NCBI GenBank assembly: GCA_010909165.1
Contig: MU008230.1
Coordinates: forward strand, 55,769 to 119,768
Reading direction: 5' to 3'
DNA length: 64,000 nucleotides
Origin: Anthoceros angustus
Lineage: Eukaryota; Plantae; Anthocerotophyta
The notes under the pieces are model-generated. The model did not search any database. It had not been told where the DNA came from and was given only the letters and a program-made list of their open reading frames with translations. Positions 12,631-21,460 of this stretch are shown here, piece by piece. Positions within the stretch are counted from its first letter, which is position 1. Every line of letters starts with the position of its first letter. Both the position numbers and the translations under genes were made by a program.

Positions 12631-13969
12631 TTTTCCTCATCCCTCCTTACCTCCTACTATATAATTTTACTTCATGATATTAACTACAATATTTCTGTAA
12701 TCTTACTACAAATATTTACTATAAAATATTACTCTGGTCTTTTTCTACAACGGAGATTTACAAGCGGTACCCGAATTTACAGCAATTTGTCGGATTACTT
12801 AACCGTGATGAATTAACTATGGTCAACATGTGATTAACCAAACCCACTCATTTAATTACGGTTAATATATTGTAGTTAGCTAATCTCGGTCAACTAACCA
12901 TTATTTTTAACCACGATAAGGCCAGTATTAAAGTCCGTGGTTGTTCAACGTAGTAAATACTGTGGTAAAAGCTATGGTAATTTAAAGATTAACTAATATA
13001 CGGTAGACTTCATTAACGTACTCCGTACATACTTCGTATAGAATACACAATATAGCCATCATATACGATGTACTGGACTTTACCACGGACACTAATGCTA
13101 TGTGTTTACTACTGACGTTTTACTCCGGGAGTAGTAATGACCATTGTAAAAGCCGTAGTAATGTCCGTGGTAAAAGTATACTTTTCCTAGTAGTGATGTA
13201 TATATGTGTGGGGTGGATGTCATGGCCCCATGAGCGATGAGTGCGGAATGAAGACAAGCGTTAATTAAGGCTCCGATTAAGATCTCTCGGGCAAGGCCAA
13301 GACATGGCTCTTCTAATCCAAGTGGTGATTAAGGCTCAAGCGGTGGAGGCTACAAAGGGCAGCATCGTCATTGATCAAGCGGATTGTTGATGTCCGTGAG
13401 GAGAATGACCACACAGATCCCAAGCTCTCAAACGCGTCTTGCAGGAGCGATTTTCAGCAGTGATGTGTGTAGGAGATGGTGACCACTTAAAGACTAGATT
13501 TTTGCACATCAATAATCCCTGCTGACGAAGCCGCACAAGAATAGCAACGTGACTCGAAGGGCTCGAAAGAGCAGCCCAAGATTTGAGCGGAAGGCTGAGA
13601 AGAGGACGCAGAATCACCACACAGCTAAGTCCATGGTGGATTACCGGTGAAAGCACTTTGGATTATTTACTGTTGTTTTATGCAGGCAGATCTAGTCAAG
13701 AGGGGCCAATCTAGCGGAGCTGGAAAATCGATGCCTCCTTTTTTGACATGAGCAGGCCTTCCAGCCATTAACGTGTATACATCTTCATCCGAGTCATAGT
13801 CATCTGCCGAAGCACACGGGCCTTTTGTTGTGCTCACACTCCTGGCCAGCTGCTCTTGCAGCCGTTGCACCTCATTGAGCAATGCCTTCCGAGTGTAGCT
13901 CACACCCGGTTTCTGCTTGTCTGCTACTCGGTCACCTAGGCCCTTGGGCTTGAGTTCATGATGAGCTTG

Positions 13970-14402
13970 TGTTAACTGCTGTTTTGCAAGCTTTAAAGCA
14001 ACAAAATAAGTTTCGAAAATCAGCTAAAGCGAAAGAATTAAGCAAAGATCAAAGTATAATTGCCTTAATTAGATTAAGCTTAACTCACATTGAGTTAGCA
14101 TTAACTTGCAGTTTAGCTAGAGTTAGCGGCTATATAAGTTGGCTTTTCGGCAGTTTTTAGTTCAGTATGAGATTGTGAGCTCAGAGAGAGCTACACAGAG
14201 AGCACAGGAGAGAGAGATTGGTGACCCGTGGAGGGTTCTGAGATTGTGATATTGAGAGCCAAAGCGCTAGAGATTAATAAGAGAATTGAGCATTGTACTT
14301 GTGTTTGTGAGAAAGTGAGCGTTGTTGTGATGTTGGATGCTGGATTGCATATTTTCTGCGGGAATCCCTATGTTTGATAACCTGGGAATACTTCTAGCTA
14401 CA
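13970..14402 (+). repeat. 5' LTR of element H (433 bp, TG...CA), TATA-like tatataag at 14131
   Basis: First 226 bp match 19268-19493 with 6 substitutions counted by eye; directly followed by PBS. Confidence 0.88.
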
Positions 14403-14405
14403 TTT

Positions 14406-14422
14406 TGGCGCCGTTGCCGGGA
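14406..14422 (+). promoter_or_regulatory. Primer-binding site complementary to plant tRNA-Asp 3' end (Athila-type)
   Basis: TGGCGCCGTTGCCGGGA versus canonical TGGCGCCGTTGCCGGGGA, 3 nt after LTR-terminal CA. Confidence 0.9.
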
Positions 14423-14512
14423 TTCGTCTGCGAGAAATGCAAAGAGGAGTTCAGCGTGCAATTGTGTGTGTGAATTTGAAGAGATGAGAAAAACATTGAG
14501 TGATTAAAAATC

Positions 14513-15011
14513 AAAAGAGAGGAAGAGAAGAGAAGAGAGAGTAGAAGAGAGGAAAGGAGAGGAAAGGAGAGGAAAGGAGAGGAAAGGAGAGGAAAGGAGA
14601 GGAAAGGAGAGGAAAGGAGGAGGAAAGGAGAGGAAAGGAGAGGAAAGGAGAGGAAAGGAGAGGAAAGGAGAGGAAAGGAGAGGAGGAGAGGAAAGGAGAG
14701 GAAAGGAGAGGAAAGGAGAGGAAAGGAGAGGAAAGGAGAGGAAAGGAGAGGAAAGGAGAGGAAAGGAGAGGAGGAGGAAAGGAGAGGAAAGGAGAGGAAA
14801 GGAGAGGAAAGGAGAGGAAAGGAGAGGAGAGGAGGAAAGGAGAGGAAAAGAGGAGGAAAGGAGAGGAAAGGAGAGGAAAGGAGAGGAACGGAGAGGAACG
14901 GAGAGGAAAGGAGAGGAAAGGAGAGGAAAAGAGAAGAAGGAGAAAGAAGAAGAGAAGGAAAAAAAAAAGGGAGAAGAGAAGAAGAAAGAAGGAAAAAGAA
15001 AAAGAAAAAAA
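14513..15011 (+). repeat. Near-pure purine tract, core (GGAGAGGAAA)n
   Basis: Directly visible. Confidence 0.95.
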
Positions 15012-15689
15012 TGCAGGATCCTACACGCATCCGAATTAGCGAGCGCAAGAACGCCTCCGGCAGTGCGACCTGCGGCAAACGAGCAGCACCAGCAATCGCA
15101 GCGCGCACAACAGCGCCATGCTGCCGGGGCGTCAACTGTAGTAGGCCGGGGCACGCAAATCGAGGGCACACAGAACGGCAGCGGCAGGCTGCTTGGCACA
15201 CAGCAGCCGGCTAGCAGCACTTCCAGAGATTGGAAGGGGCGAGACGATCCCGCCGCGCGACAGCGAGGGCGGTTATTTTCGAAAGCGCTCCTACGACCTC
15301 GGCTTGGGGGGCTGTGGATGAGGCGAGCGTGATTGGGAAAGGCACGCCAAGCTGGTGGTTTGGCATTTGGCGGCTCCAGATCGGAAGGGTTTGAACTCGA
15401 GGTGCGAGCTTCCAGCAAGTTATGCACGAGATTGTAGGAGCCGCGTTCATCTGGATTTGGTTGTGGAGTGATGCTTGAGGTTGAGCCTAGTTCCACGGGC
15501 TTAGCCCAGGGTTTCGCTGCTAACCGGATCTATGTTGTTGCATGGTTGGCGATGGAAGTGACAGCTCTCTCCTCGGTTTAGTAGTTGCCCTTGTGCTGGT
15601 GGTCTGGAATGCCTGATTTTGGAAGCAGAAGAGCTTACCGTAAGGGTTCTATTTCCTGCTGCCCTACAAGATGTTAGTGGATTACCGAA

Positions 15690-18362
15690 ATGGAAGTGGA
15701 CTACAGCTACAAAGCTCGAGATCGAAAGGATCTTTACGAATCCTATGTTACAGTCGACGGAGGGAAGCAGGTCAAGCATTTGCGAGAAGCCATATGGAAG
15801 AAGTCCATGGCCACTTTTCAGGATTTCGAAGGTATCAAGGGGGACGAGCACCTCCGTCTGTGGAAGAAGAGCGATGGAAAATCCCTGGAGCTGCCCACGA
15901 AGTTATCAGCAGCGTTTAAGGATGATGAAGACAAGAATGTTTCTGTCACCCCTGTTGGGGCAGAAAAGTGGAATGATGCTTTTGTTGTCAGTGACCGTCA
16001 GAAGGCAGGAAAATGGGATACTCCGATGGCGCAAACAGATGTTAAGGAGGAGCTCATTCGTGTCTTTGGTGATCGTATTCGACACGCAAGGACCTTACTT
16101 CCAACTTCCAACAATCGTCTGCTAGATAGTGAGTTGCCGTTGAAGCCTGACCAGTCTTTACTCGATGATATTGGGCAGTACTTCCCTCTACAATGTCGGA
16201 AGTCTTCGTTCCGTGCAGCACTTTATAGTACTATTAAAGTTTTTCAGTTGTTCATGAGAGAGCCAGCCTCTCTGCATTGCTCCGATGAACTGACAGAAGC
16301 CATGTGGAAGAGAAATGGGCTTTTGATGATGCTTATTGCATACCCGGGTAGTGGGAAGACTACATTTGGGAAGGCGCTACGGGATCTTCTTGTGGTAGAC
16401 ATGGATAATTACAACAAGGGTCAACCATCCTGTCTGGCTGAATGTCTCAAACACTTTAAGCCGCAACTGGAATGTGATTTCAAACAGATGATCAAGAATT
16501 CTCTGAAGCACAACTTCGCGCTCCACCACACTTTGCATGCGGACGCGGGTGCTGTTATGCATTTGGAAAAAGGTCTGAGCGCACGAAATATACTAGGCTT
16601 GAGGGTGTTTTACTCTACCTTTGGATTGGATGCCAGGCACGGTTATATGGATTTTTTAGATGAGATATATTTACTTGGTAAGGGTGTCCTCACAGCTGTG
16701 GACTTGCAAATGGTGTTTGAGATTATTCGTGGAGTCTTACGAGTACCTGCGCATGAGAGGATACTCCTCCTCTTGTTTTTTGATGAAGTAAATGCTGCTC
16801 GAAGAAGGCTGGGCTGGATACCTGGAAGGGAGCAGTTGGAGGATGGGCTGTCCGATGATGATCAGACAACATGGGCTCAACAACTGTTCTCGGAGTACAT
16901 CAGTCATCTGAGTGACACGCGCCAGGGAATGACGTTACCCATTTTATTTGGTGCTACAACAAGGCACTCCGCTGCCAGTCTCAAATTCACTGAAAGTGGC
17001 AGCACACGCTCCTACTTGATCCCCCTGCCACCTCTGTCTCAACAAGCTACAAAGGAGATGGTGATAGCGTTGCACCGAAGGTTGGAGCTGACTATGGCAA
17101 AGTCCACCCAAGTCTGGGATGTTCCACAGCATGTGAAGGACCTTCTCCAGATCTGTGGGGGGATGCCACGGCTTTTGGCGTATGCATTCAGAGCCTTACT
17201 GCTCAAATCTGATGACAGTCGTATTGGCCCTGAAGAGCTATTAAACGCTTTGGAAAAGACCTCTGTCAACGCACCTGACATGCGCAGAGTGACAACGAAA
17301 TTAGAGCGCATGGTTTTTGACAAGGTGGTGTTCAGATCTTACGTAAATGTAAAGAAGTTTCCAGTGCTGGAAAGGGCTTTTGGTATTTCTATATTGGGAA
17401 GGATGGTGCGTCGGAAGGATCAGGTTCTTCATCCCTTTTGCGATAGATGGGGCGACTTAGAAGCGCAAGGTGTGGTTCTCCTGAATTTAACTAACCACAG
17501 TGAACATCATCGGAGGAAGAGGCTGCGGATGAATGAGGAGAAGCAGGAAGTAACAGAACGTAAAGTTGTTCTAACTGTCGTTGGGGGCAACGAGTTCATG
17601 GAGGAAGACACCGATGTGCCTGACACGACGGATGTTGGGTCAGTAGAAGTCCATGTGTCCTTCTGCCCTCTCATGCTGAAATATATTGTGGAATATCAAG
17701 AGGAAGAGTACATTTCATTGTGGCCAGAGATGTGGCAAACGGCGGATTGGAGGACTAAGGAGGAGGCTGATATCTTAACGTTGCTATTCAAGTTACGGCT
17801 GATGAAACAGTTTGGTCAGAACAAGTTTCGACTTACGGATCTCCTGCCTCGGGGTATTCGTATTCCTGTTGGGTTGACAGAGCTCTGCCTGAACATCCCA
17901 GATGTTTTTGTGCGACCAAAACCCATACCTGACGCAGGAAGCAATGACTGTTGGGCTTTCATGGGAAGGACTAACTATGGCGCAGACTCTATGATATTCC
18001 TGACTCAGAAAAGTGAGAGTCGTGGGAACGACGCCAACATCAGTCTCATCATCGAAAGCAAAAAACGGGTGGAGGCGGCGACAGTGTCGTTGAACTCTAT
18101 TATGAGGAAGCAAAAACATGTGACAGCGAAGCATAAACACCTTCTCGATGCCCGGGGGTCGTTAAAAAACATTTTTCTGTACATCACGGATGAAAAGTTG
18201 ATCAACAAAGACAATTCGAGGTCTGGTGAATCTCCAGGGAGCGATCTAATGGAGAACCTGATTGTGTGGGATGCTAGCGTTTTAGACGAAGGGCCTCTAC
18301 ACGCCCTTGCAGCGTTAAGGCACTACAAGTACTTGTTCCAGGAAGAAAGTAGCACAAGTTAG
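15690..18362 (+). CDS. Crinkler/CR-effector-like protein, 890 aa: Ubl-like header, P-loop NTPase, PD-(D/E)xK restriction-endonuclease-like domain
   Basis: Uninterrupted ORF; header VKHLREAIW...LRLWK (aa 55-59)...VSVTP; Walker A AYPGSGKT (16338-16361); Walker B LLLFFDE (D365-E366); nuclease-like NYGADSMIFL...IIESKK (D766, E789-x-K791). Confidence 0.8.
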   Translation: MEVDYSYKARDRKDLYESYVTVDGGKQVKHLREAIWKKSMATFQDFEGIKGDEHLRLWKKSDGKSLELPTKLSAAFKDDEDKNVSVTPVGAEKWNDAFVVSDRQKAGKWDTPMAQTDVKEELIRVFGDRIRHARTLLPTSNNRLLDSELPLKPDQSLLDDIGQYFPLQCRKSSFRAALYSTIKVFQLFMREPASLHCSDELTEAMWKRNGLLMMLIAYPGSGKTTFGKALRDLLVVDMDNYNKGQPSCLAECLKHFKPQLECDFKQMIKNSLKHNFALHHTLHADAGAVMHLEKGLSARNILGLRVFYSTFGLDARHGYMDFLDEIYLLGKGVLTAVDLQMVFEIIRGVLRVPAHERILLLLFFDEVNAARRRLGWIPGREQLEDGLSDDDQTTWAQQLFSEYISHLSDTRQGMTLPILFGATTRHSAASLKFTESGSTRSYLIPLPPLSQQATKEMVIALHRRLELTMAKSTQVWDVPQHVKDLLQICGGMPRLLAYAFRALLLKSDDSRIGPEELLNALEKTSVNAPDMRRVTTKLERMVFDKVVFRSYVNVKKFPVLERAFGISILGRMVRRKDQVLHPFCDRWGDLEAQGVVLLNLTNHSEHHRRKRLRMNEEKQEVTERKVVLTVVGGNEFMEEDTDVPDTTDVGSVEVHVSFCPLMLKYIVEYQEEEYISLWPEMWQTADWRTKEEADILTLLFKLRLMKQFGQNKFRLTDLLPRGIRIPVGLTELCLNIPDVFVRPKPIPDAGSNDCWAFMGRTNYGADSMIFLTQKSESRGNDANISLIIESKKRVEAATVSLNSIMRKQKHVTAKHKHLLDARGSLKNIFLYITDEKLINKDNSRSGESPGSDLMENLIVWDASVLDEGPLHALAALRHYKYLFQEESSTS

Positions 18363-19252
18363 ATAGGCGACAATTATTCTTTTTCTGAGCGGGGGCAGGA
18401 TCACGTGACAATTGCCTTGCTTTCCAGAGCTGCTGCTGTTGTGGCCATTCTGTCATCCGGGCATGTGTTTGGCCGTTCTGTCATGTAGTAGACAAGACGG
18501 TGCATGGTAGGCAACGGAGCTTGCACGCTAATGCATTGTAGGTAGCCAGCAGTTCCAGCAAAGTGAACTAGTGAACTACGCCTGAAACTTTTGATGTACC
18601 AGGAAATCGAAGTGGTTATTGTTTGCCTTTATTTGGAACTCTAACAATGTTGCTGAAAAATATGAAAATATGAGAAAAAAGGAGCATGAAAAAATAAGCA
18701 AGAAAAAAGCATCGGAACAGGAATAACAAAATACTTCACGGTTTTTTATGAAGGGAAGAAGTTTTTAATGTTTTTATGTGGCACAATTATATCTTGAGGA
18801 AGAAGAATCAATTCTCAATTCTAAAATAACATGGTTATTAAGGGTGCATGTGAAATTCTATACCAAGGCAAAACCAAATACCCTAAATCAAGGCGATGTT
18901 GGGGCAAGGCTGCATTTTGTTTTGTCGCTGCGAGGAGAAAGTCATGTGCCGAGAGAACAGTTTCGGGATGGTTTGTCCCTGTTAGGCCTAATGAGTGAAT
19001 CCTAGTGGGATGGTGGGATGGACATCTGTTGTTTGATTGGTTTTCCAAATTTTCAAGTTCAGCAGCACTCAAACTCAAAGATCTCTTTAGTCCAAGAACA
19101 ATCCAGACTCTTCATGGGAAGCCAGCTCACTACTCCACTCTCAGAAGCTAAGCTTATGCAAATCAAAGAATGCACTCAATGAAGGCTACGTAACCCTGTG
19201 AAGGGTGAGATCATCAGCAATAATCACTCGACAGTCAACAAGGCCTACGGAT

Positions 19253-19267
19253 AAATTGGGGAGAGTA
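19253..19267 (+). promoter_or_regulatory. Polypurine tract of element H
   Basis: aaattggggagagta directly before the 3' LTR TG; resembles Athila-type PPTs. Confidence 0.7.
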
Positions 19268-19493
19268 TGTTAACTGCTTTTTTGCAAGCTTTAAAGCAAC
19301 AAAATAAGTTTCGAAAATCAGCTAAAACGAAAGAATTAAGCAAAGATCAAAGTTTAATTGCCTTAATTAGATTAAGCTTAACTCACATTGAGTTAGCATT
19401 AACTTGCAGTTTAGCTAGGGTTAGCGGCTATATAAGTTGGCTTTTCGGCAGTTTTTAGTTCAATATGAGATTGTGAGCTAAGAGAGAGCTACA
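19268..19493 (+). repeat. 3' LTR of element H (226 bp, truncated)
   Basis: About 97% identical to 13970-14195. Confidence 0.9.
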
Positions 19494-21431
19494 ACATCAA
19501 ATTCAAAATCGTCACCACTACCAGTAAGCCGGTGTTTCGAAGAAGGCATAAGCTGAGCCCCATGGAATGGGACATCGTGGACAGACGCTGCAAGGAAATT
19601 GCAGCAGGTGGACTGATCCGGGAATCGAGCTCGCAATATGCTGCAGCCACGGTCCTGCCATTAAAGAAAGATGAGGATGGCGAATGGAAAGACAGACGGA
19701 TGTGTGGAGACTATCGAGCACTGAATGAGGTGACGCCCGTGGAGCGATATCCGATGCCCACATCGAGGAAGAAGATAAGTGCAAGACAGCCTTCTGGGGT
19801 AAGGAGCAATTATGGGAATGGGAGACGATGCCGTTATTGTTGAAGAACGCATCCATCTACTTTCAACGAGTAGCAGACTTGGAGTTACAAGGGCTACCAT
19901 TTGTGAGATGTTACATCGATGACATTCTAGTATTCAGCAATAGTTTAGAGGAGCATATTCAACATCTCGAAACGCTGCTACAGAGGCTATCTAACTCAGG
20001 GCTGAAGGCACATCCAAAGAAATGAAAGTTTGCCTACAAAGAAATCGAATACCTTGGTCATAAGATCGTCCCAGGTGGTGTACTACCACAGTTGGCAAAG
20101 GTGCAAGCTGTTAATCTCATGCCTAGGCCACAGGATGTTGCTGCCCTGAGAGCGTTTCTAGGACTCGTTAACTAGTATCGTCGCTTCATAAAGAACATGA
20201 GCAGCACGCAGTCGCGTATGTTAAAAGGAGTGCAATGGCAGTGGGAGCAGGAACATGAACATGCTTGGCAGGAACTGAAGGCACAACTATCAGAAAGGCC
20301 CATGCTCAGGAGGCCTGACTTTGACAAACCATTTATCCTATACAGTTAGATGCGGCGAATGGTGCTTGCATGATGGATGGGGAAGGAAGAGAACGAGTAG
20401 TTGCGTATGCAAGCAGATCTAATAATTCCGCCGGATCCAACCACTCATCTTATGAGGGAGAGTGTCTAGCCGCTGTGTGGGCAGTTTTACACTTCAGAAT
20501 CTATTTGTTTGGCAGAAGTTTCCAGCTCGTCACCAATCACCAGCCATTACACTGGCTGATGACGAACATGAAGTTGAGTGGCAAGATTGCGAGGTGGGCA
20601 CTACTACTGTCAGAGTATGATATGCACATAGTGCATCGAGCAAGAAAGGTGCACCACAATGCTGATGGACTTAGCAGAAACCCACTGTGCAATGATAGGG
20701 ATACGACTGGTGCACGACAGGATTTCGGGTATGCTCATCATATGCCAAGTTTGTATATGGCACTTTCGGGACGCGGGCGGAAGGAGAAGAACTTCGTCGA
20801 ATGCAGACAATACGTTGAAGGATGGGCGGTATGAGTGCGGATCATGACAATTCAAAGATTGACGAAGACCATGCGTTACACATGGAGGGATGGCAAACTG
20901 TTCATGATTGATCATGGGGTGAGTAAAGAAGTGCCTCCCGTAGAGGAACGAGAGCAGATAGTGACCAAGGTGCATAGGACACTTGGACATTTCGGCGTGA
21001 AACGGACACATCACATGCTAAAGAGTGCATACTTTTGGTCACGAATGTATGCTGATGTTGAACGAGTAGTGGCGAGGTGTGCTGCTTGTGATGCAGTCAA
21101 GGCAAGGTTCAATAGCCAGGACGTGGTGTTACATTCACTTCTCATCAGAGGACTATTCTTCCGATGGTCCGTTGATCTAATGCCTGAGCTACCATTGACC
21201 AAGCAAGGCAACAAACATTGCATGCTCATGATAGAACATTTCTCAAAATGGGTGGAACTGGCATTTCTTCCAGCTAGAACCTCGCAGTACACGGCCCGGG
21301 CATTTCTACAGTGTGTTCTGAGTAGGTATGGAAGCTGTGCAGAGGTGTTGACAGATGAAGGGAACGAATTCAGGGGTGAATTTCAAGAGTTGTTGGATAG
21401 GAGTTTGATAGATCACGGGCTTCGGTGGTGA
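19494..21431 (+). pseudogene. Ty3/gypsy pol (RT, RNase H, integrase), copy 1, degenerate
   Basis: RRMCGDYRALN, YIDDILVFS, SYEGECLAAVWAV, HNADGLSRNP, integrase H-H/C-C zinc region and FRWSVDL...IEHFSKW. Confidence 0.92.
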
Positions 21432-21460
21432 TCATGGGCGGGCTGGAAGCGGCGGCGCTN

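Larger units (their letters stand above)
7853..13195. mobile_element. CACTA (En/Spm) DNA transposon, probably non-autonomous, with nested insertions
   Basis: Left end CACTACTAcacAAAG at 7853; right end reverse complement CACTACTAggaAAAG ending 13195; 3-bp TSD ATG at 7850-7852 and 13196-13198; subterminal CCGTGGTAAAA/TTTACCACGG repeats at about 12930-13175. Confidence 0.88.
13970..19493 (+). mobile_element. Non-autonomous Athila/Tat-type LTR element carrying a Crinkler-like gene (element H)
   Basis: 5' LTR, tRNA-Asp PBS, single 890-aa ORF, PPT, truncated 3' LTR; no gag/pol motifs between the LTRs; no TSD found. Confidence 0.8.

Noticed and set aside
11578-12816. Long ORFs (214-350 aa) on both strands
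   Set aside because: Products of the (CCCAT)n microsatellite, which lacks stop codons
14398-15496. 267- and 330-aa minus-strand ORFs rich in F/L/S/P
   Set aside because: Translation of the (TTTCCTCTCC)n tract
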